Assembly (NCBI GenBank): GCA_019752595.1
Contig: JAIELV010000001.1
Coordinates: 184,486 to 248,485 of the forward strand
Reading direction: 5' to 3'
Length of the DNA: 64,000 bases
From: Patescibacteria group bacterium
GTDB lineage: Bacteria; Patescibacteriota; Minisyncoccia; Phycocordibacterales; Phycocordibacteraceae
The first letter of the stretch is position 1. Every line of letters starts with the position of its first letter. The notes below the pieces were generated by a model, which had not been told where the DNA came from, did no database searches, and was given only the letters and a program-made list of their open reading frames with translations. Below, one piece after another: positions 46,029 through 54,945 of the stretch. A program made the position numbers and the translations under genes.

Positions 46029-46697
46029 CTAAAGCCAATCTATCGGCTTTTTACCCTGCTCTGTGAGGTACGTATTCGTTTGGCTAAATGGCTTTGAACC
46101 GAAAAAGCCGTTATACGCGGAAAACGGCGACGGGTGCGGAGATTCAATAACGAAATGCTTTGTACGGTCTATGTGGGCGCCCTTTGCTTTTGCGTAATTA
46201 CCCCATAGTATAAAAACTAAGTGTTCGCGCTCTTCTGAAAGTTTTTTTATAACTACATCAGTAAATTCTTCCCAGCCTTTTTCCTGATGGGAACCTGGCA
46301 TATTTCCCCGCACGGTCAATGTTGCATTCAAAAGTAACACTCCCTGCGTTGCCCAACGGGACAAATCTCCGCTTTTGTTTTTTAGTGGCGCTTTGAGGTC
46401 TGACTCTATTTCTTTAAAGATATTCTGCAGAGATGGTGGAAGCGGAACATTTTGGCCGACCGCGAAGCAAAGCCCGTTTGCCTGCCCTTTACCGTGATAC
46501 GGATCCTGCCCGAGAATCACCACACTCACTTTTTCAAACGGACACAAATCAAACGCACGAAAAATTACTTTCGGTGCTGGATAGACAATCTGCGTGTTGT
46601 ACTCACTCCTAACGAAGTTAGTCAATTTCGCAAAATACGGTTTTTCAAACTCCGCTTCAAGTTCCTTTTTCCACGACGACTCGATAACTACATTCAT
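46029..46697 (-). CDS. ung: uracil-DNA glycosylase, family 1
   Basis: VVILGQDPYHGKGQANGLCF and HPSP motifs. Confidence 0.9.
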   Translation of the reverse strand: MNVVIESSWKKELEAEFEKPYFAKLTNFVRSEYNTQIVYPAPKVIFRAFDLCPFEKVSVVILGQDPYHGKGQANGLCFAVGQNVPLPPSLQNIFKEIESDLKAPLKNKSGDLSRWATQGVLLLNATLTVRGNMPGSHQEKGWEEFTDVVIKKLSEEREHLVFILWGNYAKAKGAHIDRTKHFVIESPHPSPFSAYNGFFGSKPFSQTNTYLTEQGKKPIDWL

Positions 46698-46741
46698 ACC
46701 AGGTATTCTACCCGCATTAGATTGAAAATCCGCAATTCAAA

Positions 46742-46761
46742 GATTACCATATATGTTAATC
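46742..46761. promoter_or_regulatory. 20-nt near-palindrome GATTACCATATATGTTAATC (1 mismatch; putative operator) in the ung/TrpR-like divergent region
   Basis: Seen in sequence. Related to the perfect copy at 47214..47231. Confidence 0.45.
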
Positions 46762-46769
46762 TTTGATCT

Positions 46770-47183
46770 ATGAAGAAAAAGATTGTTGACTTAACCGAAC
46801 CAGAAAGGATAAAGACTCTTGATCTTCTGTACACAGCTGCTGCTTCAATTCGCGGACGCGACGCAATGAAACTGTTTCTCCGTGACCTTCTCACGGAAAG
46901 CGAACGCGTTATGTTGGGAAGACGCATCTGGGTAGCCAGGCTTCTTATGCAAGGACAGACAACTGAAGATATAGCGCGTGATTTAAAAATGAGTCTCAGA
47001 ACTGTGTATCGTGTGCAGTACTGGTTAAAAGATCAATTCCCTGGCTATGAAACTACACTAAAAGAGATGGAAAAAGTTATGGATACCCGAGCAAAACTTC
47101 ACGAGGCCAAGGCAGAGCCTTTCTCATACGCAGCGCTGAAAAAACGTTTTCCTCTCCACTCTCCACTTTCTACTTTTCCCTGA
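46770..47183 (+). CDS. TrpR-like YerC/YecD-family DNA-binding protein (paralog 2)
   Basis: LLYTAAASIRGRDAMKLFLRDLLTESERVMLGRRIWVARLL...RVQYWL. Shares the C-terminal tail KKRFPLH..L..FP with paralog 1. Confidence 0.65.
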   Translation: MKKKIVDLTEPERIKTLDLLYTAAASIRGRDAMKLFLRDLLTESERVMLGRRIWVARLLMQGQTTEDIARDLKMSLRTVYRVQYWLKDQFPGYETTLKEMEKVMDTRAKLHEAKAEPFSYAALKKRFPLHSPLSTFP

Positions 47184-47213
47184 ACCAAAGCCGAAAAAGA
47201 AATTTATAGATTG

Positions 47214-47231
47214 ATTACCATATATGGTAAT
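47214..47231. promoter_or_regulatory. 18-nt perfect palindrome ATTACCATATATGGTAAT followed by a T-run (operator and/or weak terminator)
   Basis: Immediately downstream of the TrpR-like paralog 2 stop. Confidence 0.45.
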
Positions 47232-47265
47232 TTTTTGTTAGAGAGCAGACAAGGTAGCAGACTGT

Positions 47266-47532
47266 TTAGAGTGCGCCTTCTTTTTTCAAAAGCCTTTCTT
47301 TTTCCCCGCGCAAACCGTTATAACCTCCTAAACCGCGAACACCAACCACTCTGTGACAAGGAATACTTTTGTCCTTATTTGAGCGCATGATTGCTCCCAC
47401 AGCGCGTGCGGCTAACGGATGCCCTGCTTTTGCTGCCACCGCTTTGTAGGTCATCGTTTTGCCTTTGGGGATACTTTTTACAACGAGCACTACCTTAGTT
47501 CTAAAATCTTTCTTTGAAAAATCAGAAATCAT
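47266..47532 (-). CDS. methylated-DNA--protein-cysteine methyltransferase, C-terminal (active-site/DNA-binding) domain only
   Basis: LAARAVGAIMRSN...IPCHRVVG...GGY.GL...RLLKKEG matches the Ogt/Ada C-domain, including PCHR. Confidence 0.75.
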   Translation of the reverse strand: MISDFSKKDFRTKVVLVVKSIPKGKTMTYKAVAAKAGHPLAARAVGAIMRSNKDKSIPCHRVVGVRGLGGYNGLRGEKERLLKKEGAL

Positions 47533-47909
47533 AATTTCAGGTTACGCTTTGCCGCAAAGAGCGCGAGTATAGAGTCTGATTGAGTCTCCGAAATAAGGTC
47601 GGGTTTGTTCTTTTTTGTTCTCTCAAGATATGCGCGAACTATGCGGACCTGATCTTCAGGAGAGTAGTGCGCTTCAGGGTAGTGTCGGCGGGTGTCTTCG
47701 TCTATCAAAAAGTAATGAGGTGTCGGCTGGGGCTCTACATATTGCATGAAGTTGCTCAGATTAATCATGGGATCGTAATCTAATTTAAGAACCTCCTGTA
47801 TAGAAGACGTTAATGCTCTTCCTATATCCTGATGCAAAAATCCCCAATCAGGCGGAGGAAGTGAATCCTTTTTTTCTCGGACGTGTTTTTTCTTAGCTTC
47901 CTGAGTCAT
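47529..47909 (-). CDS. hypothetical protein (126 aa)
   Basis: ORF, 4-nt overlap with MGMT. Confidence 0.3.
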   Translation of the reverse strand: MTQEAKKKHVREKKDSLPPPDWGFLHQDIGRALTSSIQEVLKLDYDPMINLSNFMQYVEPQPTPHYFLIDEDTRRHYPEAHYSPEDQVRIVRAYLERTKKNKPDLISETQSDSILALFAAKRNLKL

Positions 47910-47933
47910 ACAAACAGTGTAGTACTATCAACC

Positions 47934-48752
47934 TTAATCGAAAAGTTTTTGTTCATTTTTCTCAGACTTCGCAGATTTATTCTTCTCCACGTGCGCTTTA
48001 AATTTCTTACCTGCCATGTCGCGGTATCGGCAGTAATCGCAGTCCTCGGTCGCTTCTGGAATTGCGGTGCTCGTAAGGCATGCTTTTATATCGCGAATTG
48101 TTCCGTCAACCCAGGACGTATTCCCGACGTGCGGTATGAGGGTGACTTCAAATTCCAGTTTTGCATCAAAAGCTTCTCTATCTTTCGATGCATTCGCGTA
48201 CACGAAATATCCTGTATCTGAAACCGTAAAGCCGTTCATGCGGAAAAGCCACTGATAGATTTCCATCTGTCGCTTGTATCCGTTATGCCACTCTTCTTCC
48301 AACGCCACTATGCTCTCGTCTTTACTGGTTGATTTATAGTCAACGATAATCAACTCTCCTTTTGGATTCACCCATACGTCGTCAACCGCACCCGAAACGG
48401 TCATGCCTGTTTCTGGGTGTGCGTAATCGATTCCCTTAAAGTTTTCTCTCCAAATATCCATTTTTGGATGTTGAAACGGCACAGCGTCAACACCGTACTT
48501 TTCCATGAGTGGGTGCGCTGTTTTACCCGCACGATGTATGTCGAATTCTTTCTTAAAGAGGGCGTCGACTGCGGAGTTTAAGTTAAACGGAAAACCAGGA
48601 GGTCGGGCCGTGCCAAGTGCGTTATCAAGGTAAAAACAGCGCGGACATTCCTGAAACAAGCCAATTTTTGAACGCGACAACCGCCATCGGGGTCCGCCGA
48701 AATTCCAATCTGCTTTTCTGTCAGGTTTGTAATAAAGACTCATACTCCGCAC
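47934..48752 (-). CDS. PD-(D/E)xK nuclease, Cas4/RecB-nuclease-like, with 4 Cys (CPRC...CDYC)
   Basis: IIVDYKSTSK...EIYQW core. N-terminal CxxC and C-terminal CxxC, as in Cas4/AddB Fe-S nucleases. Confidence 0.45.
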   Translation of the reverse strand: MRSMSLYYKPDRKADWNFGGPRWRLSRSKIGLFQECPRCFYLDNALGTARPPGFPFNLNSAVDALFKKEFDIHRAGKTAHPLMEKYGVDAVPFQHPKMDIWRENFKGIDYAHPETGMTVSGAVDDVWVNPKGELIIVDYKSTSKDESIVALEEEWHNGYKRQMEIYQWLFRMNGFTVSDTGYFVYANASKDREAFDAKLEFEVTLIPHVGNTSWVDGTIRDIKACLTSTAIPEATEDCDYCRYRDMAGKKFKAHVEKNKSAKSEKNEQKLFD

Positions 48753-49567
48753 AGCGCTCTGCTTTCCTTAATGACGTCGTCTAATTTTTTACCACCAATA
48801 CCGATACGCTGAAGAGACTCAGGGTTTTCTGCCACCATCTTGCAAAGCGTAATGCCATTCTTCAAAAGTCGCGCTTTGTCTGCTGAGGTAAGTGTGGTTA
48901 AAACCGTTACGGGATACACTTTCGTGCGGTCAATCATGTCGGCAATACTGTTGCCGTGCGGAAAACTCCAGCCGATAAGACGTATACCAGCGCAGCTCGC
49001 ATAATCAATAGCGTTGCCTGTAAATTTTGTGTTCGTAATCAACCACCCTTCGTTTATTCCCGCCTCTTCACCTCTATCTTTCGCCCCCCACTCAATATCC
49101 CAATAACGAGCGCGAACGTAGAGTGCGGTTTTCAAATCAGTTTTAAAACCTGGTGTGTTGTGGAACTTGAGTTCCGCACCTGCGGTTTTTCCGTCCTTTT
49201 TCAAAACGACATCCACTTCGTGCTCGATACATCTTCCAGCAACCATGACCCGAAGTTGAGTTTCGTACCCTTCGGCTTTCATGAGCTCCGCAATAAAATC
49301 TTCAAACGGAAAACCTGTAGGACCAAGCTCAAGAATGGCGCGACGCATAGAATAACGTGCAGCAGTGGTGCGCTCATCTTTGCGGAGAATTTTAAATGCT
49401 TCGCGATAAATGTGCGTTGTCGACATCCCTTCACGCACCATTTTGACTATGCGTGCGGCAATTTGTTTTGAGAGCTCTTCGTCAGCACCTGAGTGCTGAA
49501 GCGAGCGTAAAAGTTTTTCAACCTGAAATTCTTCGCGTGTTCCGTCTCCTTTTACGACTATCGGCAT
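48740..49567 (-). CDS. ATP-cone domain fused to Mrr-like restriction-endonuclease (PD-(D/E)xK) domain
   Basis: N-terminal VVKGDGTREEFQVEKLLRSL (ATP-cone-like). Then RCIEHEVDVVLKK...ELKF nuclease motif. Start set at MPIVVKGDG. Confidence 0.45.
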   Translation of the reverse strand: MPIVVKGDGTREEFQVEKLLRSLQHSGADEELSKQIAARIVKMVREGMSTTHIYREAFKILRKDERTTAARYSMRRAILELGPTGFPFEDFIAELMKAEGYETQLRVMVAGRCIEHEVDVVLKKDGKTAGAELKFHNTPGFKTDLKTALYVRARYWDIEWGAKDRGEEAGINEGWLITNTKFTGNAIDYASCAGIRLIGWSFPHGNSIADMIDRTKVYPVTVLTTLTSADKARLLKNGITLCKMVAENPESLQRIGIGGKKLDDVIKESRALCGV

Positions 49568-50607
49568 TACGCAATAATACCACCACCCCTCATGTACCCG
49601 TCTTGTGTGTATAAGACGCATGATTGACCTGGAGCGATGCTTTGTGGATCTCTAAAAGTGACGGAATCTCCACTAACAACAGCGTGAATTAGTGGTTGAC
49701 GATAGCGATATCGAACCAGCACATCGCCCGCCACGGGAACGCCAGAGACCGAACTGACAGTAATGAGCTTGAAAGTCTTTTTTGCCTTATCACCAACTGG
49801 ATTTTCAGAAACGTACAGAATGTTTTTCTCGACGTCCTTCCCTACGACGTACATCTTTGGAGCATCCGCACCATCTTTTTTGACTCTTTGATATCCATGT
49901 CGCTGTCCTAAAGTGTAAAACCAAACCCCCTCGTGCTCGCCCACCGTCTTTCCATCCTCAGTCATTACCGAACCTTTTTTTTCAGGAATGTAACGTTTTA
50001 AAAAACCCTTCATGTCTACATGACCCAGAAAACACAAGCCTTGCGAATCGCGACGTTTTGCATTTGGAAGTTCAGCCTTTTCTGCTAGTTTCCGTACTTC
50101 TTCCTTTTCAAGATTGCCTACTGGAAAAAGTGCGTGAGCTAAATCATCTTTCGTAAGCGTCCAGAGAAAGTATGTTTGGTCTTTTTCGGTATCAACGCTG
50201 GCTTTTAGGTTCCAGGTGTCAGCTTCCAGGCAAGAAACAGCATAGTGCCCTGTCGCGATATAGTCAGCACCATCCGCCTTCGCTTTCTCCCAGAACGCTC
50301 CAAACTTAATGGCACGATTACACATGACGTCAGGATTCGGAGTTCGTCCTGCCTTGTATTCAGAAATAAAATAATCTACAACGTCACGTTTGTATTCTTC
50401 TTCTAGATCGTACGTCACAAACGGAATATCCAAATGTGCAGCAACACGCATTGCTTCAAGCCTGTCTTCTTTGCCCGTACACGGCAAAAAATCAGGCTCC
50501 CACCCTTTTATAAATGCACCCACTACGCGGTAGCCTTGTTTTTTTAAAAGATACGCAGAAACGGCAGAATCAACGCCACCTGAAAGACCAACAAAAACTG
50601 TTTTCAT
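49567..50607 (-). CDS. mnmA: tRNA-specific 2-thiouridylase
   Basis: PP-loop VGLSGGVDSAV, 346 aa. Confidence 0.85.
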   Translation of the reverse strand: MKTVFVGLSGGVDSAVSAYLLKKQGYRVVGAFIKGWEPDFLPCTGKEDRLEAMRVAAHLDIPFVTYDLEEEYKRDVVDYFISEYKAGRTPNPDVMCNRAIKFGAFWEKAKADGADYIATGHYAVSCLEADTWNLKASVDTEKDQTYFLWTLTKDDLAHALFPVGNLEKEEVRKLAEKAELPNAKRRDSQGLCFLGHVDMKGFLKRYIPEKKGSVMTEDGKTVGEHEGVWFYTLGQRHGYQRVKKDGADAPKMYVVGKDVEKNILYVSENPVGDKAKKTFKLITVSSVSGVPVAGDVLVRYRYRQPLIHAVVSGDSVTFRDPQSIAPGQSCVLYTQDGYMRGGGIIA

Positions 50608-50625
50608 TTTGATGAGTGTACCAGT

Positions 50626-51015
50626 CTAGTGAATTGTTACAGAATTTGACTCAAGCTGCAGAAGCGCTGCACTGGCATTATGCTCTGCTACGACACGCCC
50701 AATCTCTTCGGAGAAGGTGTGCACAAGAAGTGCCTGCACGCACGGCGACGGAACGTTTGGAAAAGTAAGGGTAAGTTCCTTTAATTCAATAGGTTCTTCA
50801 GCAGGAGTTTGTTTGAGTTTATAGCAGATAATAAAAACCGTTTTCCGAAACCACGGCACGAGCGCACGCAATTCGGATTGCTCTTCAAAAGAAAGATTGT
50901 CTACAGCAATTTGATATTCATCACGAGAATCTGTTTCCTTAAACGGAGGGTACTCGACCAAAATAAGATTTGGAAGGGCAGTTGTTTCGAGAAGCATTCT
51001 TCTGCGTTCGGACAT
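50626..51015 (-). CDS. hypothetical protein (129 aa)
   Basis: ORF only. Confidence 0.3.
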   Translation of the reverse strand: MSERRRMLLETTALPNLILVEYPPFKETDSRDEYQIAVDNLSFEEQSELRALVPWFRKTVFIICYKLKQTPAEEPIELKELTLTFPNVPSPCVQALLVHTFSEEIGRVVAEHNASAALLQLESNSVTIH

Positions 51016-51025
51016 ACACTAAATG

Positions 51026-51553
51026 TTAGAGGCCCTGTTCGCGTGACCATCGTTCTTTGTCACCAGCTGGGTCTCTCCCTATCTCAATGTGCACCCATTT
51101 ATTCCACATATTCTGTTCCGACTCGGAAAGAGGAGCAGAAAAACCTTTCCCTGGTAGAGGGCGGTCGCGCCAGTTCGGGTCCTGCACAAGTTCTCGCATA
51201 TAACTTCGAAACTGTGCATACGCATTCGAATCTCTTTCAGTAAAGATGGGTGTAAAAAAGTTTCCATTAACACCATTTGGACGAAGAGTAACTCCGACAA
51301 CTTTCTTTGGATTTCGACTTGCGTGTATATCTGCCTTTTCGCGAACAAGCGCTAACGCAGGCTCTTCAAAGTGCACCATCCCGCGTTCATCGACTTTCAG
51401 AGGGTTCGCGCTTCCAAGAGCAAGTATTTCCATACCTTGAGGGGCATAGTTTTGCACTAGTTGAGGGATAACCGAGGCAGAATATGGCCCGAGGAATGAC
51501 TCGCGCTCTGCTTGGCGTTCTCTTTGTATTGCCGCTAAAACTTCGTTCATCAA
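51026..51553 (-). CDS. hypothetical protein (175 aa)
   Basis: ORF only. Confidence 0.3.
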   Translation of the reverse strand: MMNEVLAAIQRERQAERESFLGPYSASVIPQLVQNYAPQGMEILALGSANPLKVDERGMVHFEEPALALVREKADIHASRNPKKVVGVTLRPNGVNGNFFTPIFTERDSNAYAQFRSYMRELVQDPNWRDRPLPGKGFSAPLSESEQNMWNKWVHIEIGRDPAGDKERWSREQGL

Positions 51554-51596
51554 TTCAACTTACAAGCATTCAATCTGCGAGGCAAGCCCGTCCGGT

Positions 51597-52547
51597 TTAT
51601 CTTAAATGCACCCTGTTCGCAACATGCTTTTCAAAGGTCTTTGCGTAGTACATAACACCGTCTGAACCAGTCAGATAATAGAGCCAATCATTGGCTTTTG
51701 GCTCAACCGCCGCAAGAATTGAATCAATGCCTGGGTTCGCGATAGGCCCTGGTGGCAAGCCACGATTAAGATACGTGTTATACGGTGAAACAATTTTTAG
51801 ATCATCAAAATTCGGCGCATAGCCACTTTTGCCCAAGATGTAGCCAAACACCGCGTCAACCTGCAGTGGCATACCGAGCTCTATTCGGCGCCAGAGAATG
51901 TCAGAAATAATTCTGCGTGTTTCTGGCTTTCTCGCTTCGCGTTCGATTATGGATGCCATAGTCACCACTTCGTGGACAGATTTTCCGCTTGCACGAATTT
52001 TCTCTTCTATGGGCCCCACTTTTTCTGCAAATGTACTTTTCATAAGCCGTACTGCAGCGGATGGGTCTGTACCTGGCAACAAATAATACGTTTCAGGGAA
52101 CAAATATCCTTCTTCTGCTTCCGCAAGAATACGAAAGCGCTCCGAGTCAAAGTTTCCCAAACGCTCTTTTAAAAGTTCAGCGATTTCCCTGCTCGTAAGT
52201 CCTTCGGGAATTGTTATGCGAACAGCTTCAATGCCCGTATCACCATGCGCAAAACGGTACGCAAGCTGTAGTGCGCTTTCTTTTTTGGAAAGTGCATACG
52301 TATTTGCTAATACTCCACCACCAGGATTCCACAGTCGAACGGCGAGCGTAAACGCTTCAGCGGAACGGAGTGCGCCTGCATTTTTCAAAATCACGGAGGC
52401 TTCACGAACACTGGCCCCTTCGGGAACTGTAACGGTAAAGCCTACTGGGTACGCGCGAGGGGCGACTATGAAGACCGCGTAGCCTGCCAAAAGTACAAAT
52501 GCAACGCCAAAAAGAACGAACTGGCTGTCTTTGAAAAAGAGTTTCAT
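51597..52547 (-). CDS. mltG: endolytic murein transglycosylase MltG/YceG family
   Basis: N-terminal TM. SPYNTYLNRGLPPGPIANPG signature. Confidence 0.8.
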   Translation of the reverse strand: MKLFFKDSQFVLFGVAFVLLAGYAVFIVAPRAYPVGFTVTVPEGASVREASVILKNAGALRSAEAFTLAVRLWNPGGGVLANTYALSKKESALQLAYRFAHGDTGIEAVRITIPEGLTSREIAELLKERLGNFDSERFRILAEAEEGYLFPETYYLLPGTDPSAAVRLMKSTFAEKVGPIEEKIRASGKSVHEVVTMASIIEREARKPETRRIISDILWRRIELGMPLQVDAVFGYILGKSGYAPNFDDLKIVSPYNTYLNRGLPPGPIANPGIDSILAAVEPKANDWLYYLTGSDGVMYYAKTFEKHVANRVHLR

Positions 52548-53770
52548 AGTGGAAGATTGTCTGGAGGTTCAATTCGTACGCCGTGTATGTTTGCCATCAC
52601 GCTTGCTCGTGCGAAATGTGGAAGATGGAACAGTGTTGCTAATTCTTCGGTATTGAGGACGAATGCGTTTCCTATATACGGAGGAAAAAAGAATGCGCGT
52701 CGCCTGTACATCTGAAGAAAATATTCACTCCACAGTGCGGGCACCGCAGTGAAAATATCTGACAGGGGCCACCCTACTTTCTTTTTTGGATCATAGGCTT
52801 CAAAACAGTTCAAATCGACGTCATTAAATCCTTCAAAAATTTGATCGATCTCTTCTGCAAATTTTTCTGAGTATGACTCACGATGTGCCACATACATCAT
52901 GCGTACTCCGCAATCGAAGGAAGGTTTTTTGAGGGCTGCTTCAATAGCGGCGATAGTTTTTTTTGTTTTCTCTGGAACAGCATTTATGTCACCCTGTTTC
53001 CCCAAGAGTTTTACGATTTCTTTTTGCGCGTCGTCGTGAAGTGAATCCTTCAGAGGGTCGAAGATTTTTTTTCTTTCACGTTGGTGTGGACGAATAATAA
53101 CTGAAAGCGCCGCATACTCTTGGTCACCGACTGCAACCATACGTTCCAACACTTCAGTAAACGCATCGCGTCTATCTTTTTTGTCCTCGTAATCAACGTA
53201 CGTCTTCAGGGGATACGGATCGGGCTTCACCAAATCAAATTCTCGCACCGCGAGCTTCATTTCGTATGGATTCCACGGTATTTCGCGAGCATAATCACGC
53301 ACTTGATCAATATCGATGTCGCGGTATTCAGCGCGAATACGTGCCTCCACTGCCTGGCGATGCGCAGTGGGCACATGTACAAAGAAACGAACCGCATTTG
53401 CGTGTCCAAGTATTTCAAATGACCATGGCATTCGCACGTGGCCCTTGAGATAGGTTTCTGTTAGCGAGAGGTCGGTGCGGTGGTAGAGCGCGTAGAAGAT
53501 TAATTCCATTGGGCGTGCGGAACGCGGGGTTTCGGGCCCTGGTTTTAGTTCTATGGTCGAGTACGGAATACTCATCACGAAGTACGAACGAATGAACGTG
53601 AGCCACAAAGGCCACGCAATCCATGCCAAAAGAAGTGGAAGCCATAAAGGCGCAAAGAAGGCTATGAATGCCACTATGCCCGCTGAAAGTTCTGGTGCGA
53701 TATAGATGAGAACTGGTATCGCGACAAGCACGCCGACAATAGCCCAGCTTATCGGCAAGCGGTTTTTCAT
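52544..53770 (-). CDS. hypothetical protein with N-terminal TM segments and large soluble domain (408 aa)
   Basis: ORF; no Walker motifs; no family recognised. Confidence 0.35.
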   Translation of the reverse strand: MKNRLPISWAIVGVLVAIPVLIYIAPELSAGIVAFIAFFAPLWLPLLLAWIAWPLWLTFIRSYFVMSIPYSTIELKPGPETPRSARPMELIFYALYHRTDLSLTETYLKGHVRMPWSFEILGHANAVRFFVHVPTAHRQAVEARIRAEYRDIDIDQVRDYAREIPWNPYEMKLAVREFDLVKPDPYPLKTYVDYEDKKDRRDAFTEVLERMVAVGDQEYAALSVIIRPHQRERKKIFDPLKDSLHDDAQKEIVKLLGKQGDINAVPEKTKKTIAAIEAALKKPSFDCGVRMMYVAHRESYSEKFAEEIDQIFEGFNDVDLNCFEAYDPKKKVGWPLSDIFTAVPALWSEYFLQMYRRRAFFFPPYIGNAFVLNTEELATLFHLPHFARASVMANIHGVRIEPPDNLPL

Positions 53771-53831
53771 ATCAAAAATATATCACGCTTGGCGCTTCGT
53801 TTAAGAAAAAACCGCCTCACGGCGGTTTTTG

Positions 53832-54860
53832 TTAAGCGTTTTTGAGTGCGTATTTACCTTTTACTTTTACGAATGCGGGATTTTGAAGGTTTACGATGAT
53901 TGTGTTTGGCTTTACATATCTTTCCTTACCGACACGCTTCATGATTTCATCTTTCGTCAAAGCACCTGCTTCTTTCAAAATGTGTTTGATGATTTCAACC
54001 ACAGGTCCCGCGCGGTACCCCCATTCTTTCAAAGCGTAAATACCCCTCCCGACGAGTACGAAACGATCATCCTTGATGAGTTCGTTGTGGGTTGTAGCTT
54101 CGTGTGCCCCTTTACCGAACAATTTTTCAATTGCTTTTGCTACTTCTCTAAAGTGCATTGGGGAACCATGGCGCTTCAATGCAAGATACGCATGATCACG
54201 AATATTCTTTACTTTAATGCCTGGCGCTGAAACACGACCCCACTCTCCTAATGGATTTCTCATGAGGCACGCTGAAAGTTCCAACCAACGACGAACAGTG
54301 TCTTTTGATTTGTATTTTGTATTGACGCGTGAAAGACAGGTCATGACATGGTCAACCATCTTTTCTTCAGACAAAACATCGGTTGATTTCACTGAACCAT
54401 GAACCTGCTTCAAAGCGTCTTCAACTGATTTCGCAAGGTCAGTATCAACGTACCAACGTGTTTTAAAGTCATCAGTCTCTTTCGCCATGATGAATGGCTT
54501 ACCGACGACGAGCAGGAAGTAGAGGTGATTTCTTGTTTCGTCGTCCTTTGCGAATTCTGAAAGCAATGTGTGCTCAGGCAAAATACCGCCCATGTCGCGG
54601 ATAGCAGACTCAAGAGCCTGGAAAGAAGCAGATTCTTTCTCCAGAGCTGGTGAATCTTGCAGTGCTTTGATAGCGTGATTTTCTATCTGACGAACACGCT
54701 CACGGGTGATGTTGTAGCGCTTGCCGATGGCATCCAAGGTCTCTCCACGGTTTTTACCTGAAAGACCGTAGCGAGAAACAATGACGTCACGAGCGCGTTC
54801 TGGGAGGGCCTGCACGAGGCGCTTTGATATTTGGCTGGGCTTGATAGCGAGTTTGGGCAT
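53832..54860 (-). CDS. sigma-70 region-4-like HTH plus C-terminal HARE-HTH domain protein
   Basis: N-terminal LDAIGKRYNITRERVRQIENHAIKAL (sigma r4). C-terminal AYLALKRHGSPMHFREVAKAI...RFVLVGRGIYALKEW (HARE-HTH pattern). Confidence 0.45.
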   Translation of the reverse strand: MPKLAIKPSQISKRLVQALPERARDVIVSRYGLSGKNRGETLDAIGKRYNITRERVRQIENHAIKALQDSPALEKESASFQALESAIRDMGGILPEHTLLSEFAKDDETRNHLYFLLVVGKPFIMAKETDDFKTRWYVDTDLAKSVEDALKQVHGSVKSTDVLSEEKMVDHVMTCLSRVNTKYKSKDTVRRWLELSACLMRNPLGEWGRVSAPGIKVKNIRDHAYLALKRHGSPMHFREVAKAIEKLFGKGAHEATTHNELIKDDRFVLVGRGIYALKEWGYRAGPVVEIIKHILKEAGALTKDEIMKRVGKERYVKPNTIIVNLQNPAFVKVKGKYALKNA

Positions 54861-54945
54861 ATCCGATGTCTTACCTTTATATCACAATTTTTCTATAAGG
54901 TCAAACTCCTGTCAAGAGCCTGTGGATAGCCTATTTCAAGGAACC

